64,000 nucleotides of DNA, taken from assembly GCA_045837725.1 (NCBI GenBank), contig JBEWZL010000109.1, positions 372,001 through 436,000 of the forward strand, read 5' to 3'. Below are positions 61,646-64,000 of this stretch, in pieces. The notes below the pieces were generated by a model, which was not told the origin of the DNA, ran no database searches, and saw only the letters and a list, made by a program, of their open reading frames with translations. How positions within the stretch are numbered: the stretch's first letter is position 1; the number at the start of each line of letters is the position of its first letter. Position numbers and translations under genes: made by a program. This stretch comes from Vermamoeba vermiformis (taxonomy: Eukaryota).

Positions 61646-64000
61646 TTAGAGAATTGGCGGCAGTGTTCGTAACCTCAGCTCTTTCTCGTTCATCAATTGC
61701 ACGACATCGTTGAGGTCGTTAGCAGACAACACGCCCTTGAGACTATGCACACTCTTCAGCCACATCGCTTTGCACCACGGCACATTGCGCAATGCTCGGA
61801 AAAATACTCCGCGAACTTCATTCGGTCTGAAGAACTTGGCTGCGTGGTCAATGTAGTTCAGCCACAAAACGACGGATCGGCGAGTCGGATCCACGGTCAA
61901 TGCTCGTTCCAGTATTGATGTTATTCTGTTACTACTGCCTAGTCTATTCTCCGACTTGATTGCTACGAGCCACACCAGCGATGATTTTTGACTGCAACAA
62001 AAATAAAATTAATAAAATTTTCCGATTGAACAGGCGAAGTCTAAGGTCATTGTCTCGATACTAATGTATCATATGTTACTATAGTATGATAGTATTACTT
62101 ACTTCTCGGCATGTTCGTCGATTAATCGTCTAAATTGGGCAGCAAGATGACCGTACGCTGCTGCATGTCCCGCAAGAGCCCACGACCACAATGCACTCGG
62201 TCGAAGGTTAATGACCGCTGTATTAATGTCTCGCAGCATCGCAGGCGATATTATATTCAGATTGACTAGCATGAAGTAATGTGATAAGGATCTGCACAAA
62301 AAAAGTTTCAGTAAGTTGCCCAAATAAGGAAATATTCACAGGTGTACTTACGCCATCAACAATTGTTCTTGAATGAGTTGATTAGGGGCTGTAACAGCAA
62401 CTGCCTGATCGTATATTGATTTGATCTTTTCGAATGGTCCGTGCGCTATCCATTCGAATAGTGCGTAACAGACGGTGAAGTCTTTGAACAATACGAATGA
62501 GTCTATTGAACTCGTGGCCTTCAGATCTGATCTCATCTTGTCGAATTTTTGCTCGTAGTTCTATATACATTGAACACGTTAGGAAGAGTTAAGCAGCGAG
62601 ATATTTTAATTCTTTTACCTTTCTGGCCTTCAGAATGCGAGTTGCAGGAACTGTAGCGGGAGGTGCTCCTTTTTTGGCAGGTGCTAATGGCGTGAAATTT
62701 CCTTCCGTCAATGAGACCAGGATATTCAATGCACTGTTCCTCGCCTCATCACCTTCAGAGTCGAGTTCCATTTGCACGTAAGCACGTGACAACACGACCA
62801 CGTGCTCTTTGACCTCTGGTGGCAATTTCGCTCCCATAGCCAGTGCAGTGTTGTACACTTTTTTAGCTTCTTTGATGTTTCCGTTCAATCGCTCTGCTGT
62901 CGCATAAGCATTCCATAAATGGAGATTCATGCTGTCACTCTTCAGCAAAGTCTTCGACAAATCACGTGCCATCGCGATATCGATTCGTCCTTCAGTGAAA
63001 ATGTTGATAATTTGCAGCCGTTGTTGCAGCGCCTTTGGGAACGATTTTGAAGTTTGTGCAAAAACGTTTCTAAAAATGGAGGTCTGGGTTAGATTACCAT
63101 AAAAGGAAACAACTTTTAGCGTACCTTATTAATTCTATTCTATTTACATCGGTTGTATCTACAGAGATTACGGGCAACCATTGATCGTAATCTAACTTTA
63201 AATAATTGATCTGTAACATAGAGCGTTAGATTTGATTTTATTACCGAGGATATCTGCACTTACTTTTTGCTTAGCTTTGTCCTCTGAATGGTCAAAATAG
63301 CCTAATTTAGTCAAGACATCTGTCACGTGACGGTTGTCTTCGAGCTCTAGCTCTGACTTGTCCTTCTCGTACTCGTTGTTGCTGTCAAATCGTTGTGACA
63401 TTTTGACACCTAAGAACTCGAGCATTCGCAGCACGAACTCTAATCGCAAGTCTTCATACGACACGCGGAACAAAAATCCTCTAATATCTGTCACAGGCGG
63501 AATAATTAGTACAATCCCGCAAGACAACCTATCGATCAAGGCTTACCGTCAAAAAGTACAACAGCCTCAGGGTCTTGTTCGTCAATATTCTCAGTCGTGG
63601 TGCGTGCAGGGAGCCAATTTGAGTCATCTAAACGCTGTTCACTTGACAGCCATTCCGTTAACTGATCGGCCTCTTCTTGCATGGCAACGATTTCAGCAGC
63701 ACTCGGTTGCACTTCATTCATTTTGACGTCTTCTTGTTGCTCTTCTTGTTCTTCGTCATCGCTATCTTCATCTTCGTCTCGTTCCTTTTTATCGCTGGTA
63801 TCATTAGTAGGCTGCTCTGGGAACACCGGATCATCTTCAGTTGGCCGCTCTGGATCGTAATCGGGAATCAAATCCTCCTATAAAAACTTGGTTAGACTGA
63901 CAACTGAACGACCTGTGAGATCTCACAAGCACGTACCTCTTTCAGCTTATCTTCCATAGTTCCGTGCCATACACGCCAGCCCTTGGCGTCTTTCTCGCCG
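61646..64000 (-). CDS. NRDE2: NRDE-2 homolog (HAT-repeat nuclear RNA-processing factor), 5' part outside window
   Basis: EQDPEAVVLFD|DIRGFLF, LSKTLLKSDSMNLHLWNAYA and FFRALRNVPWCKAMWL..LMNEKELRLR. Confidence 0.85.

Overview
Eukaryotic nuclear DNA from a gene-dense, intron-rich protist with short AT-rich GT-AG introns. An amoebozoan-like free-living protist is inferred from the TRAF zinc-finger expansion, gamma-CA and RPEL/CPI actin regulator. I built gene models by reading splice sites by hand. Left end: a four-copy tandem family of putative LOTUS/OST-HTH + RING E3 ligases; three copies end in long TRAF-type zinc-finger arrays and one has instead captured the RRM4-linker-MLLE half of poly(A)-binding protein. 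Next are an ARM gene with two GC-AG introns and a signal-peptide-less alpha-2-macroglobulin/thioester protein (GCFEQ) with one in-frame TAG. The middle holds RRP36, an AlkB-like oxygenase, gamma-CA-like, adenylosuccinate synthetase, aquaporin, a C2 protein, BiP, an intron-split bacterial-type DUF3501 gene missed by the ORF track, an mL45/Tim44-like gene hosting a C/D snoRNA, an actin regulator, a TPR gene, SFT2 and a membrane protein. Right: a ~6 kb tandem duplication (beta-helix surface protein, F-box/ankyrin-like gene, LRR gene 5' part), an LRR-F-box gene, a third F-box paralog and partial NRDE2. At least five genes need removal of one base to stay in frame, most likely assembly error. Family assignments come from motif recognition, not database searches.
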